Below the pieces are notes generated by a model. It was given only the letters and a program-made list of their open reading frames with translations, had not been told where the DNA came from and ran no database searches. Position numbers and translations under genes: made by a program. Positions 36,262 to 51,476 of a stretch of DNA of 64,000 nucleotides are shown in pieces. Origin of the DNA: Owenia fusiformis (taxonomy: Eukaryota); NCBI GenBank assembly GCA_903813345.2, contig CAIIXF020000001.1, forward strand, positions 9,424,001-9,488,000, read 5' to 3'. The first letter of the stretch is position 1. Each line of letters opens with the position of its first letter.

Positions 36262-39200
36262 TCATCGTGTACACATTCCATCTTTCACTGTGTAACCAGA
36301 TTTACAAACTGGACAGGGCCTATAACAAACAGAATATATATAGAGAGAATAATTATGTCCTGTGTACTTTTAGAAATCTATTTACCTACTTCAAACCAGG
36401 GATTAAACCTTACTCTTATTTGTTATACGAGGGATGATCTGAAAGTAATGGACACTTCTTTTACTATTATCACTTATGTGTTTAATATATTTAATTCCTT
36501 TATCAATGTATCCTTGGTTTGAAAACATTATATTATGAAAGTGCAGAAATATTTAAATGCAGCAAAAACTGCCCAGATATAAATATGTAAGCAACCATAA
36601 AATGCTGGATATTTTAGTTGGAAATTAGGGTTGATCGAGGTAAATTATCACTGGTAAAAAATCAAAAGGATATCCCTATACTAGTATACATTATGATATA
36701 AGTCTGTATAAAAAGCCTTCACATACTAGTGATCACCCCTCGTATACATGTATGCACTATTTTTCTTTTACCAATTTAATATTTGGAGTTGAAAGTTGTT
36801 TTATTTTAATTACACTATTTCGCTCCTTACCTGTTACAGGGTGGATACCATGGGAAATATGAGCATATAAATGTAATATCTCTAGCAGCCTGGCAGTCAT
36901 TTGTTTGAGGACATTGTTGGAAATTGCAATGCTCGATGTCTGTTTCTCGACTAAAACAAAATATTTTTTATTTATATTTTCACTTGTTCCAATTCAACAT
37001 TCATCATCCAATTGATTGTTTACAGCATTTTAATTTTTATTACTATTAGCTCAATTTTCCATAAGTGATTACTTTTCTGCTCTGTTAGCTTTGTAAAAGA
37101 TTATAAGATCATCAGACGTTTCAAACGTTTTAACTTACAAGTTCAATCCCTTGGTAACATCTCTCATGCTCTGTTTAAGAATATTATTACGGTACCGGTG
37201 TCGTTTACCAAAAGCACCACAACTCTCTGAACATTGAGACCAGTCACTCCATTGTGAGTACTTGGGAACTGAAATATGAAAAACGTAATGATAGTCAATT
37301 CGTTTTCAAGAACCTCATTATTTTACTCCCTCATTAACTTGACTGACTTGCTCATATTTTGTTATTTTGACTCCTGATAAATATATATTCTTGAGCAGTT
37401 ATGAAACAAAGCTATAAAATACCTTCACACTTCTTGATCTGAGGGTTGAATAAAGCTCTTTTACAACAGATGGGTTCTTCTTTTGTACATGGATATGGAA
37501 TGACTTTCCAGACGACCTCGTTGTTTATATAATCGTCTTCATATCTGTAGCACGTTGTATTCACGGTAACGTTGCAACGAGGCTGGATCGTACCAGGAAC
37601 AAGCGCATCTGAGCAACCGCCGCAACCTAATCATACATGTATATAAAAACATATAGTGAAAAAGCAATTATATCACAATAAAAAATCAAATTTTACGCCT
37701 TCTGTGTATTTAATAGAACCACACGCCAAAATGACTGGAAATAATTTTTCATCACATACCAAAGATGCATCTTGATCCAGTAAACCCTAGTGGACAATGG
37801 CACTTGAAGTTGGTATTATGGTTGATTGGTTCACACTCGCCACCATTGAAACAAGGATTGTTATCACATGGATTGGTACTCTCAGTGCTACAGTTCTTTC
37901 CCGTGAATCCTTCAGGACAGTTACACGTGTAGTCATTGATTCCATCAATACACACACCGCCATTGTTACAAGGTAGATCCTCACATTCATTGATGTTTTC
38001 TGAAATATAATATTCATCATTAGTCTTCTTCAAGACCCCTGATAAGGGAGTAAGGGTCCAGGGTCTTGGAGCAAGACTTATTCATCATGTAACATTTTAT
38101 CAAAGGTCTTTGACTTGGATGGGGTTGATCATCAGTTTAGCCTGTGCATGTTCAGTTCTTTAAATCTAAGGACTTACCAGCATAAACTAAAGCTTGGAAT
38201 CCACGTCTTCTAAATGAACTGGATGTGAAGTTAGACCTAAGAATAACCATCATTTGGTTTGTAGTAGCACTCAATGGCTCCAGTGGTGTTGAATAACAGC
38301 AAAATCTAAATAGAATAAAAACAGGAAAACAGATTATCCAAAAATCTTAATAAGTACAACTATAAAATGGGACATGACAAAGGGATACATTAGATATAGA
38401 AAAGCCTTGGATTATGAAACGAACAAAAAGAAATTCTAAAAATATCTAGTTTGACAAACTAACCAAATTTTACATCTAGGATTGATGTCCCCATCCTTCC
38501 TTGTAACTTTACCCAATCTATTATAAACCTACCTTGGGCCCGGTAGACCGAGATGTTTCTCTTTGCGTATTTCAACCCAATGGAAGCATGCATTCCCAAG
38601 ACTAGAATCTACACAGTACAAGCCAAATGCACCAGTAAAGGTCAAAACTGGTCGGTAGCCTACAGGTGTCTCAAACAGCCAGTTGCACCCCACATTATTG
38701 TCATAGTGTCCAGGATTATTATAACCAGGTGATCTGATGAATTTTTGAAAGCCTGGTTCCAGCAATATTTTCCCTCCACACTGTGCTGAAATCCAATATT
38801 GTTTTATGTAAAGTCATGTTGATTAACATTATACAAATAGTGACTGCCCTTGAGGGCAATAGTGTAAATTATTTCCCCGAGGGAATATCCTCTACAATGT
38901 ACTATTCCCGGAGCCGCAGGCTGAGGGAATAGTATATTGTAGAGGATATTCCCAAGGGGAAATCATTTAAACTATTGCTCGAAATTAGGCAGTCACTATT
39001 TGTTTTATTATATACCCTATACTGACTCTTGTCCCGTTTCCTCTGCGAAGGCCAAAAAGGCTTAGAAAGCCCCCTCCCCGGGTCCATTGTTAGCATTATA
39101 AGCTGTGACGTCATCAGATGCTCAACAGAAATTTTTGCCTCGGAGACTCTCACTTGACAAATTCAATCGCGTTTAACACGCGGAATAGATTATCATAACA

Positions 39201-42200
39201 CTTGAAATTACACTGACGTATTGAGCTTAGGGAACTTTATACACGTTGCTTATATTGTATCGTTCACGCACGTCTGTCATGGTGAACGGAGTTGATTTGT
39301 GTTTGTGCTCATCCTCCATGCATTTTTCTGTTTTTCGTCTGCGCAGTGATGATGAGCAGACGTTTCCAAGGGTAATAGAACTTGCAATTGTGACGTCAGC
39401 GGGCAATAGTTCAAATGTATATTCCCGCTGACGTCACATTTGAGGGAATATAACTTTCCGAGGGAAATAGTAAATCTATTTCGGAACACGTGACTAGGTA
39501 TTGACCAATCAGGATTAGAGTTACATATTGGGTATATAATAATATATATTGTTTTAGAACTGATTGCGCAAGAGGCTTTGTCTATAACTTAAAATTCAAA
39601 GAAACAACTTCTTGTATAAGTATTTTAATACACATGATGGTTTCTGTTCGACAAGTTTCACCTAAAATGGTTAGCAGGCATCAAACCCATATTACGTTTT
39701 TGAAAAGATGTTTAAATCAGTCCCACTTATCTCACCATTTATAGATGACTGTAGTTGTTCACAATGTGTCCCAGCCCAACCGTCGGGGCACCTACATCTG
39801 TCACACTTAAGGGGATCTTGATAGCCACCATGCTGACAATGTTCACGCAAAGGAGTCTTGCATTTACCTGAAAGTTATGTATGATATTACAGCCCGCATT
39901 TATGTAGAAATAAATGAATAGAGGCGCGACATTTTCATTCATTAATTTCATATTTGATCATATATCTTTTAAGTATTTTTTTCAAATATAAAAAGGGCAG
40001 GTTGACTTGTTTATTGAAAAGATTGCTTCGAACATTTTAGACTTTCTCAGTATATTCTTTGTGGTGTCACCTTATAATACGAAGGCGGTGTCGGTTATTG
40101 GTCTATTTGTATTTGTAACTACTTCTTCCATGTACCAAAATAAATATATCTACAGCTTACAGTTATTTCAATTGTTTGTGGCCCAAGTATTTTAATTATT
40201 TTATCGTACCGTAAAAACAAATATTGAACTTGTTCAAGCTACCACAATGGACAATGCAAAATAATTAACATACCCTTGCAATATGCCATATTTGCCAGCT
40301 TCACATCAAGAAAGGAAAGACCAGTTCTCTGGCCGATGGTATTTTGGTATAGAGGATCTTTGGTTTTCAAGGTGTATCCGTAGTTTTTAGAAAACGCCTT
40401 GGATGAGTAGTGCATTGCGGAGCTAAGGTCATATTCTACACCTGAATAAAACATACGATATTTTTGAAATAAACAACATGTTTATGTTATTTTGGCAAGG
40501 ATAAGCAACATTGAAAAGATCCTTGATAAAGGTGCTCTGTCCTTTGTATGAAAACCAATGTCCCCAACTTTCTTATTAGATTCATCAGACGAATGACAAT
40601 AAACTTAAACAGAAACAGAAATGTTCTATTTATAATAAAATTCATCACCAACCTAAATCCTCAATTGATCCAGCCCATAGCTTCATGAACTGACTTTGGT
40701 AACCATTCTTGATATTATCATTGATCACTTCAACATAGGTGTCTCTATCAGTCCGTGCTTGTTCATGCCAGAATCCTATTGCATGTCCTATTTCATGAGC
40801 GATTGTTCCATGCTAAAATCAACAAAAAGTTGAAAGTTGACTCAAAACTCTAGTTTTTAAAAATTAATACACAGGATCAAGAATAGTGACCAAATTCTTT
40901 AATTTCAGATTTGTTTCAACGGTCATTGATTATTTCACATATAGGACATATCTTCTGTAACACATCTATGATAAACCTTCATTTTGTTAATCCTCAATCG
41001 GATGCTGAGTTTAAAGATTTTTTGAAATTAAGATATTATGGAAGACGTCTGTTCTGGATGTAGTCTCGATTCTCCTGAATATCTTATATTTCATAGTTAC
41101 TGTGATAATCAATCGTTTTTAAAACTAAATGTTAAGAACACGACAAATACACTTAAAGTATTGAATAAAAAGAACATTATCTATTTACCTATTCAATAAA
41201 TAATTATATTTATCGACAAATATAAAAAAATTATTCAGAATTCAAACAAATATTTGTAAAGAAAGAATTTCACTTGAACAATTGAAATCTCTCAACTTCA
41301 GAAATGCAATTGAACTTCTCTGACATGAACTTTAACAATACGAGAACCGTGACACAAGTTTCAAACCTTTTAGGCCTACATATATCTGGTATTTTTAATT
41401 GAATCATTGTGAATTTAATCGACTTGCATTTTGGCATGTTAAAAAAAATAAGTGAATAAAATTGAATCTTTTCAACTTCAGTGATTGGTTTTATGCACAA
41501 GCTAAACAGTAAAGGTTTCAATGGAATACTTAACCAGCATGCTAGGTGGTAATACAGTCACAAACTTTGATTTGTTTTGGTACTTTCATTGAACATACTT
41601 ACCCAGGTGATGCAGTTTGACGCTAAATTAATTTGTTGAGGAACGATATAGGCCTGTCTTCCGATATAAGAATAGCATCTGAAAAGGAAACAGGTAGATT
41701 TGTGTTAAGGACACTTCTTTGAGACAACATAAAATATACCTTTCACAACAGTTTCATTTAGCTTCTTTAAAAGAAAGCTTCATCTACAATCTACCTTATG
41801 CACTAGGTCTGACATTCAAGGAACATGATGTACAGGGTGTAAAACTGTTTATGGACACTCTGTGCAATAGATTAAGAGGTTAAACCAGTATAACATGTTT
41901 CATTGAAATTGTTATGTTAAATTGATTACTCTAATTTGTCAAAACCTAGTTCCAAAAGGATTGACTTAACAAGGCATACGTTTGGAAAACTGATTGGTTT
42001 AATGTAACCTAAGGGGAATCAATATTCAAGACATACCCCGACAGTTTAGTGAATATGATATGAGGCTCATTGACTGGCTCCATCGTGGGGACCTCTTCGA
42101 ATTCTAGACAAGTCATTGCTTCCCAGTCGACAATAGCTGCTCGTATGGCTGCCCTCTGAGATTCAGCTAGAAATATAGCAAATTTTAAGATGCTATAACA

Positions 42201-43913
42201 GTTGAACTGAATGTGTAATTCCACAAGAAGAAGATTTGTATTCGAAAAGATTAATGGTAAGAATTACTATCAGTACTTACAATGCATGCCATCAAACTTG
42301 TATCGAATTGGAAATGGCCATTTTGCCAATGGAAATCCATTGTCAAAAGGCTGAATCTTTCTTTTCTTTCTACTATAAGGATCGGGCATTAGGCTTATGA
42401 GGTAGTCCACCTGTTCAGGTGTCAGCAGAATGTCATCGTCCATCAAGTAGGATCCCTCAGGCACTGGGTCAGACTGTAAGAATTGCTATATATGTAAGTA
42501 ATTGGACACATAGTTGCTCATTGTTAAATAGAAGAGATTAAGGGTAGAGGCAATATTTTCAAAAACAATCAAATGCTTTCCTTTAAATTCCAACTGTGCT
42601 TTCAGAAAATAAAATTGACATATCTGATCTAGTATAAAATTTAAATATATAAAATACAGAAATGTCCTGATTCATTAAAATTGAAATAGGTACACCAGAG
42701 AACCTTAAAATCTTGGGATTATCTCGAAATAATGTGAGAACTGTTTGACCTTTGAAAATAGACATGGAACGATTAGTTTAAAAAAAATATTGTAAAATTG
42801 CGTCTTTTCGAAGCTTCTCCAATTGTCCCAAGTCCCATGTATTATAAAAAGATAATAAATTATAATACATCAATAAAAGATACCACAAAACGCACATCAT
42901 AGAATTTGTGCCAGAACATATAACAGAACATATAACATAGAAGACTCACTAAAAATTAAAAGTAGATTACAATAACGAAAATGTTTTTTAAACTAATTAT
43001 AATCGACCCCCAAAACATGCGCATGCAGTAATATACATTAAAGAAAAAGAAACATGAGAAATAGCTATCCGTCATCGAGAACACCTAGTCGTCTAATTGG
43101 GTTTCAACATGCAAAGTAAGTTGACCGTGCATAATAAATTAATCGTACAGATAAAAAGAACACAGTAGAGTATGAACAGCAATACCTTTACCCCTGATCC
43201 CTTAATATATGTAGTATTCATATATACAAAATACTCACTGGTAATGTACTATTTTTATTTTTAAACACTTTGCATTTCTTTTTTCTTTGCCTTTTGCATT
43301 TTCGTTGTTGTTTTCTTAATTTTTTTCTCTTAAGCTTTTGTTTCCTTTTTGGTATAGTTGCCCCCTTGTTGGGATCAAGCCCCAAATGTTGCAGCTTGTA
43401 AAAAAAATTTAAATTTGTTTCCCAGTGCCACCTATTTACTCCATAATGGGTCGCATGGCATTGCTCAAATAGAAAGTATATTAAACCTTAAGTGTTGATG
43501 TTATGTGAATGTTTAAAGTAGACACATACTGTAAATATGTTCGTGTCCTACTCTATCCTCTGTACCTTCACATCTTGCTAGCAATGCTTTTCAGTTAAAT
43601 GGATCTTATGTTGTAAAAAAACGAATATTTCATTTTTCTCAAAGAATCAATTATCAGACCATATACCCGAAGATCGGGCGAATAAAAATATGCATGTATA
43701 CAACTGACTTACCACTTGTCCTTGTGGCGGCGGGACATCACTGATGAAGGTTTTATAATACTTGTCTTGTAGTTGTTTCATTTTTTCTACAACAACCCCC
43801 CATATTTCTTTAGTTTGGCCATGGCTTTCGTACCACTCCTCAGCTGTCATGTTCCCAGGTCGCCATATTTCTGGTACCCTTTCCCTGATCTGTCTCTTTG
43901 GTAAGGCTACAGC
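36262..43913 (-). CDS. Astacin (M12A) metalloprotease: pro-astacin-EGF-CUB-EGF-EGF-Cys-rich-TSP1 (SpAN/BP10/NAS-like). Exons 43713-43913, 42281-42473, 42037-42166, 41603-41678, 40653-40812, 40274-40441, 39736-39867, 38533-38785, 38178-38305, 37760-37999, 37423-37626, 37139-37268, 36831-36950, 36262-36319; signal-peptide exon not located
   Basis: LMDDDILLT propeptide, RKKR furin site, [12 protein letters not shown] zinc motif, SAMHY Met-turn, CUB (IRSPGY...CNW), EGFs, [12 protein letters not shown]; splice phases are consistent. Confidence 0.9.
38833..39543. mobile_element. Non-autonomous double-inverted-repeat element in an astacin intron (reverse orientation relative to 4676-5092)
   Basis: Long hairpin 38833-39003 (loop GGAGCCGCAGGCTGAGG), then IR pair ATTATATACCC (~39007) / GGGTATATAAT (~39530-39540) with CCAATCAG near the end. 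Confidence 0.65.
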
Positions 43914-46900
43914 CTCCAAAAAAGAAAAATAATATATTGTAACAGAATTGTGATGAAAAATTCATAACTTTAAAAGCATAGTACAACTTTAAAAGGTCTT
44001 TCGCTTCTTGCTTCGAGGATGATAAGAATATCTATTTCAATATTTTGTTTTAGCTTTTTAGAAAGCTAAATCCACATGGTAATTAGTAATAGTAACTAAT
44101 TTCAAGGCATTGGGATATGTAGACAGGACATGGGGATTGGAGAAGAAAATAATACGGAACCCCCACAAATCATATAAACCACACTGAACCAATATAAAGT
44201 TTCAACTAGTTCACAAAAGGATCATGCTGACAGTTTTTTTTATCATTTATTGAACTTATCTATACGCTTGGACTTACGTGGAAATTAGTCCGTGACTAAC
44301 GTTTTTTCCTCAGAGTCTATCATGTCTATGGCGGCTTCATTTATATCTTTTAAGTGAACACGACAATCTATTTTGCCTAGAATAGCCCTGTGGTTAAAGT
44401 AGGAGGAGATGTTGATCTTTGGAGATTGGTAATGTAAATACCAATAGTCGTGATCAGGGAATGCCAAACACACTTGATCCAGGGTTCTTGGTGTGTCAGA
44501 GATGTCAGGGTAATTTTTAAATTTATTATCTTAGGATAAATGTTGAGGTCACTATTTATCAAGGGGTTTGACCCGACTATACATTTTTATTTACTTGATC
44601 CATTTGAAGTTGAAAACGAACATCATACCTTTATGAAATTTGGCACTGAACAAATAGTGGTAACAATTTTGGAATTTTATGACCCCATGCCTGTGTAGGT
44701 AATTTCGAATAACAACTCAAAATATTACAAATAAACCACAGCATGTCTAATTTTCTAATTTATTTGACAGTTCAGTTCAAGAATTTGAAATGTTATATTA
44801 AGTTTACTCAGTTATCCCAGAGATACTTGAAATGTTAAGTTCAACAACTGGGTACATATATTGTAAACGCGCAACAGGGGGAGTTAAAGGAAGCAGGGAA
44901 ACCCTATAAACTTCGTCAACTACAAATATGACACATTTTTGACCCAAATTGTTATTTGAAAATATAATATAAAATTTATCGAATTATTCAGGATCATTTT
45001 GGCATTCTCGCCTCTGAGTTGTGTAGGATCATGTGTGCAATGAAACCCATCATATCGTGTGCTTTCTGCATTTTACATATTACGACAGGACTATGAGTCA
45101 TTATTCAATTAGGACTCATTTGAATTATTTATCAATAACTATCAGCATGTGTGGCATCATCTAATGATCAAATGTGTGTTATAGCACGGGTGTGGCCAAT
45201 TGCCACTTGAAAATTGCAATATGTGTTTGAGCTGTATTGATGCTGAGGGAAGATAACATTGGTAATCAGTGATTAACTAATCGGTGACATTAACATTTTG
45301 ATTATCATATATTAATTCGTTGTCAATATCGGTTGTATCTGAGACTAACAAAAAATATGTTAGTCTCAGGTTGTTTGTAGCGTGGTATTTTGTGCTTTTT
45401 AAAAAGCTTATTTGTTTTCAATTCAATGGCCCAGGACATGACTGTTTCAACCATCTCACGATATGGTAATATAGAGGAAGAATCAATCAATTTTTGTGTA
45501 TGTCGGAGTAACTTAAAAAATCATCAAGTGATTTAATGACTGTACTTGACACTTTGTGGTTTGAATTAACAATGACAATTATTGCAAATATAAAAGACGC
45601 ACTTGAATTCAGTCTCAGGTCAAACTTATCATTTTGCTTTTATCCTGGGATTCGTGATTCAATTAAAACATCTCAATAAGGTATATGTCTTTCATGTATA
45701 AAAACGAGCTAAGTCCATTGTGATTGACTCACGAAGGTGGGAATATATAAGTGACACGGCCAGGTAATTGGATTCCCAAAAAACGAAATGAAAGTCAAAG
45801 AGCAAACCCTGAGAGAATCAGGATGTATTTTTAGCTGACTCATACAGTTTACATGATCATAAAATCCTTACTACAAACGACTTTGAATATACTTATTTCT
45901 CATCTAAGTGATGTTTGAATATGAACCAAAGTAAATGCAGCCTTTATTCCTAATTATTATGTGCACGATAAGTAATAAACTATGTACACCTACATAAGAC
46001 CTACTTTATACTACTTAGTTTAGCCCAAATGTCTATATTCTTGCTTAAGCATATAATATATTTAAACGTCAGTTTTTTGGCAATGTGTTCTTTCCCAAAC
46101 CATTATTTAATTATATATATTTACTACTTATGTTTTTGACAATGAACCTGAACCTGCTGCGGCCATTGCTAACATGTGTTAAACAAAAATAATCAATATA
46201 TTTTTACTATATTTTCAAATTATTATGAAAGAATATTAAACAGTTTATTGATTGAAGGCGAAGCATTTAGTCGTATCTACAATGTAGTATCGGTTTTAAT
46301 TGTTACTATTACCACTCATTGTAGTGCGAGTTAAATTTCCTACATTTTCCTTGTAATAAATGAGATTTCGACAAGGTTAATTCCTTGTAACTTTTCAAAT
46401 TGAACCTTTAATTACTAAAGGAAGATAAGTCACAACATGTACCCAGGTTGTCAAAAAGACAAGTCCTGTTTGCCATCCTATACAGGAGTATAAAACTATC
46501 TACAAACATTCAGTTACAACCGCAAAAACTAAAACATATATGTTCCTGCAAAAAAGTGTCACATGGCCTAAAAATGAATCGTGACACTTAACCACAATTT
46601 TTATTTTGAATAGTTTCATATTTATATATTTTACCAAATCAATAAAGGTAATACAACGTTTGCAGATGTGTTATAAAGAGATTTGGGATCAATGTTCGTG
46701 TCCAGCTGACTGTTAATATGCGAATTGAATGTATCCTTTATGTTCTGGATTATTATCGTCGTGTTAAATTTTCATTGCCATTGATTATACTCCCGTATTC
46801 ATCTGAAGTCATTCACATTATACAATAAGTTATTAATTAAAAGCTCACTTTTCTGAAATTTGTATATTGTTTAAAATTATTTCTCATTTGAATGAGGTAT

Positions 46901-49900
46901 TAAACTCCTTTGGCAGATGCTGAACATTTCCCTTAAAATGGTAAGACGCACAACAATCTTCATATTAATAATTTAATAAATACATACAATAAAAAAATTA
47001 ATCTTTCTGCAAAACAATACTTTTTTACTTTTGTCATCAAAATAGCTAGCCATGAGTCCTGTGGGTCAGGGAACGCAGAACATTTGGTTCACAATCACAG
47101 ATAGAGTTATGAACCTATACTAATTTGATCAATCAGAAAGTCCACATTGCCCTTTATGTCTATCTTGATCCATCAAAGTATGCCATATGACTGAAGGTCT
47201 AATGGGACACTGGTTTAATAGTTTGCATGATGCCCCCAATAACACTGGACTGTGTTTGTACTTGTATGTAAATGCAATAACAATGATGTGTAAAATATAC
47301 TCACAACTACAATTATTTGGCACAGAAGGATGAAAGTCGTTCCTTCCCGGAGTAATCTCATCACGGTGGTCATCATTGTATGGTATCACAGGCAATGAGC
47401 AGAAGCTTTGTGCATGTAGGCTCAAACTCTTCACTATTGGTCTCTGATCATTCGTCGCGCTGTGTTTTTCGGGTTTTTAAGGTAATAGGCAATGATCCAT
47501 TCAATGTCGCAGCTCAAAACTAACTTATCTTGATTTGACCAAACATGAAAGCTGTATATTTAAATTGAACTTGTATGAGTTCTTAAATTTGGTTATTTCA
47601 TATTTAAATTCTACGATCAATGACGATATTTTTAAGCAGCAGGTATTGGCTGATATCCCACAATAAAATCGATCTCGACATGCACGATAACTGGATTTAA
47701 CTAAGCAGTGGTTTTCAATACTCCTTATATGGTTGGTAAATGATTCATGATAAATCAAAGTGCTGTATTAACTCTCATGCTCACAAACACACAAAAATCA
47801 TTCACTTAAAAAACGTTTAGACATGCATATTCAATATAAAATCGGTCTTTAAGTAAGTCTATATTTCTATAGGTATATGGATAGACAGTGGTAAAGAGGT
47901 CGCGGGCAACTAACTGACTCATGAAGATTCTCTTATTAATGAAGAACAGAAAGAATGAGAGTGTAATGAAAAAGATGGCATCCCGTTCAAATTAGTCGAT
48001 AAACAAGAGACAAATATTGGCATCATCAAAATCAGCACAAACCCCAGGAGGTTTCTTCTTTTGAAATAATGCAGCATAACATTACTTTGGCTTTGGACAT
48101 ATGTCAAGATAATAATCTAGATGCTGAATTAAGATGTTCTATAAAATATCAAGTTATGGGAATCAATGGGTTAACAGCAAAGGGGAACCCCAAGTATTAT
48201 CTCGATTCAAGATTGTTCAGGCTTAACATTTAATAGTGTGGTTCCGTCATTTATGTCATCATTATTGCGCCATTATATTAAAACATGTCCAATTTCCTTT
48301 TTTCTGTGCACGTTCAAATTTTCGTTTTCTTGAAATAAGTAAATGTCAACATGTCAAAGGACCGTGGTCATAAAAAATATACATGCACCAAAATGAATAA
48401 TCCATCGAAAGGTCTTTAAATCACATGACATGTCAATATTGTGTGAATTGCTTAGACTAAATTCTATATTTAAAGTAAACAATACACACTTCCAAATTAC
48501 CAACAAATTCAAGGTCATCTTTTCAAGAGAAAATACATTAAAAAAAAGTAGCGACTGAGTGGGATTAATGTAGGAGTGATGGGCCATAATTAAAGTGTTG
48601 TAACCTACACAATTATGAAATATTATCCCAATCTCAAATTACCATGGCGACCCTCACTATGAAAAGGATATAGGTTCACACACAAATATCTACATCCGAC
48701 AAGGAAACATTACTTATTTTTAAGAAAAAACATTTTGTTAATTCAATTGTCATGGTTCGTTGATATGCCGTGAGACATGAACGTCCAAGGGGTATTCCCA
48801 ACCACTGGTGATGCATACAAACATGACGATATCGGTGACAAAGTGAAAGTAAAACATGTGGTCAGGAAAGGGATCGGTAGAAAAGTGGGTATTTGCTGAT
48901 TCCTATTTTTAGAACATTAGTCGAAAACATCAATCTTATCATCAATAAAGTGATTTCTCACAATTGAAATTATGAATGGGAAAATTTGTCCAATAATGTT
49001 AAACACAAACAATCAAGACCAATATCCACCACAATAACCATCGATAAATTACATCTTAGCTCAAAGTACCATGCAAACATCCCCGAGAGAGTGTAAAATT
49101 CACGTCTGTGTACTAAATCCACCACCAGCACGTACAATAAACAATTGTATGTGCTTAAAAGAAGAAACAAGACGCACATGTAAATTCATTCTTCAAATCT
49201 TCAAATTTTGCGACCAGTTATCTAAATTATATAAATTATGCAATCCATTTCCACAAAATATTAAGCTTATCCCAAAATATTAAGCTTATCCCAAAATGCC
49301 TGCCTTGAAAACCTAGCTAAAGCATGCCCAAAACCTAACCAGTTTTTGAAATCATACCAAGAAACATCCCTATAAGATGGCAAAACAATTGAAATACGGA
49401 ACGATTTACTTTGAAACGCATAATTATAAACAAGAATTTGTTCAAACAATTTCATGATGGAAAATCAAACTGACAACGTTAAGATTTACCTAGCATACCA
49501 AAAATCTAATCGGTTCTTCAAACACCCCTTCACTACAAACATCAAGCAATGAACCCACCTTCCAGACAAATTGAACACAATATGGCACCCAAGGATGCGA
49601 TAAAAAATATTTCGTGTTACAAAAACTTACAAAAACAATTGTCACTCGTTTCAAAAATATGAAGTTGTACTAAAATAAATGTTTCGTGACATTTATGTTT
49701 GGCCGTATGTTATAGTTCTGCAAATATAAGCAGCTACGTCAGTTGACGTATAAATAAAGAAATCAAAAAGTTATAATCTACTCCAAGTGCAATTTAAATG
49801 TACACAAAGTTTGAATTTGGCGCTTGATCATTTTAGACTGACTCATTTTCTTCCTGGGTTTAGAGGGAGATGGATAAACGCGAGCGCACCTATACGACAA

Positions 49901-51164
49901 GTCAAGTTCATATATCTACTAAGCGCATAAGTATCGGATGTGTTGGGTTAATCGTGAACGAACATAATGATACATGGACCAAGTTTTCGAATATTGGCAA
50001 CCCGAGGTTCGAAGATCACAAACGAGCCACAGAGTCATTCCACCTGTAACACAGGCATTGCTGAGCTATCAAAAATGTTCATAATGAAAATATTTTGGGA
50101 AGTTCACCTAGATACAGTTTATATCATCTATATCCTCTGTACCAAATGTTATATTCATTGACTTGAAAATGTACTTGAATTTATTTAATCATAAATGTTT
50201 ATAGTGACATTGTACCTTTGATAAAAAATATTCAAATGTGTTTAAAATGTCGCGTATGCCTTAAAATGTCAATAAAAGCGTCATGAATGCAAACAAAATA
50301 TAAAGGCCAATGCATATTGGAACTAAACTTAATAAAATGGCGACTTTGCGTATATGATCAAAACTCTTTAGTCGAGCGTTAAGAATACCCAACTTATCTC
50401 CTCGCACTAAATCCCAAAATACATAGATATATTGGAGTGCATGACCACTGTCACTTGTCCGTAACAAGGAAGTAATAAAAGTGACATAAAATCTAATTAT
50501 AATTCAAATTAAGTATAATGATAAAGCAGCAAAGTCAATTTCCGAGTATATATATAATAGCCTTGGGTCAATATGATCAAGCTGCTTATTATTTGTTTTC
50601 AATGGAAATAAAAAAAGTACAAAGTAAATTGAGTGTGCCATGGATATGGACGTGTGATAGCCAGAGGGGTTGATCGTTTTAGTCACTATCATTTCTTTAA
50701 ATGATTTGGCACGACTATGGCTTTATTTGTGGTTAAATTTCTGGCAAATCGGAACCAAATATGATATTTTCTGAAATAATTCTTTGTAAAGCATAATGTA
50801 ACTATGAAATATGAATTTCTCAACTTAAAATTGAAATTCTCAACTTCAATAGAATTTATGCTATAATCTTAAATAAATTATCCATGAGCCTATCCTTTGT
50901 GTTAACATAAATCAATCGGCAGGAAATGGAAATGGATTTTGATTTATGTATTAACGACCTTGGATTCCCAGGAAAGCCAAGCATGACTCATGTTTTTCTA
51001 AAAAGTTAACGGTAATTTTGACATGGGTCATACAAATCGCAGTTAATGTACATCATTTTGTTAAAGAACATGGGTTTTCTATTAGAAGCCTATCGGCGCG
51101 GAACTACAGTGCGCATGGCAGACAGGAAAGCAAAACTTAAATTAAAAAATTAATGACACATCCT

Positions 51165-51290
51165 ACCTTGACGTCATCTTGACCTAAACCCAGTTAGGAA
51201 ATCGCTGATGTGATTGGTGGATACATCGCTCACTTTTAATCAGATGGGATCTATAAAAGTAATCGTAGAAATGAGAAGTTTCATTAAACA
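51165..51290 (+). promoter_or_regulatory. Putative core promoter of the + strand astacin gene
   Basis: CRE TGACGTCA (~51169), GATTGG/CCAAT (~51212), TATAAAA (51252-51258) and Inr-like TCATT about 30 bp downstream. Confidence 0.5.
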
Positions 51291-51476
51291 GAGAAGCACC
51301 AGTCGACTACAGAACACTGCGTACCTGTAACATTACAAAGGAAGATCTAAAAATAATACAATACTCAAAAGATACCACAACTGAACAACAACAAGCAACA
51401 ATAAGCAATAACTACAACAGATTCGCAACTACTTGAATAATATCGGGATAAGATCTAGTCGACAAGCAGAAAACAA

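Noticed and set aside
47129-48107. Two short minus-strand ORFs sharing SLHxxSFCS, one with a hydrophobic stretch (candidate astacin signal exon or small peptide genes)
   Set aside because: No convincing splice donor, weak DNA similarity and no recognisable domain; may be chance.
49255-49297. 19-bp tandem duplication; also the 29278/29460 direct repeat and the ~130-bp degenerate repeats at 21440-21740
   Set aside because: Ordinary local duplications with no further structure I can support.
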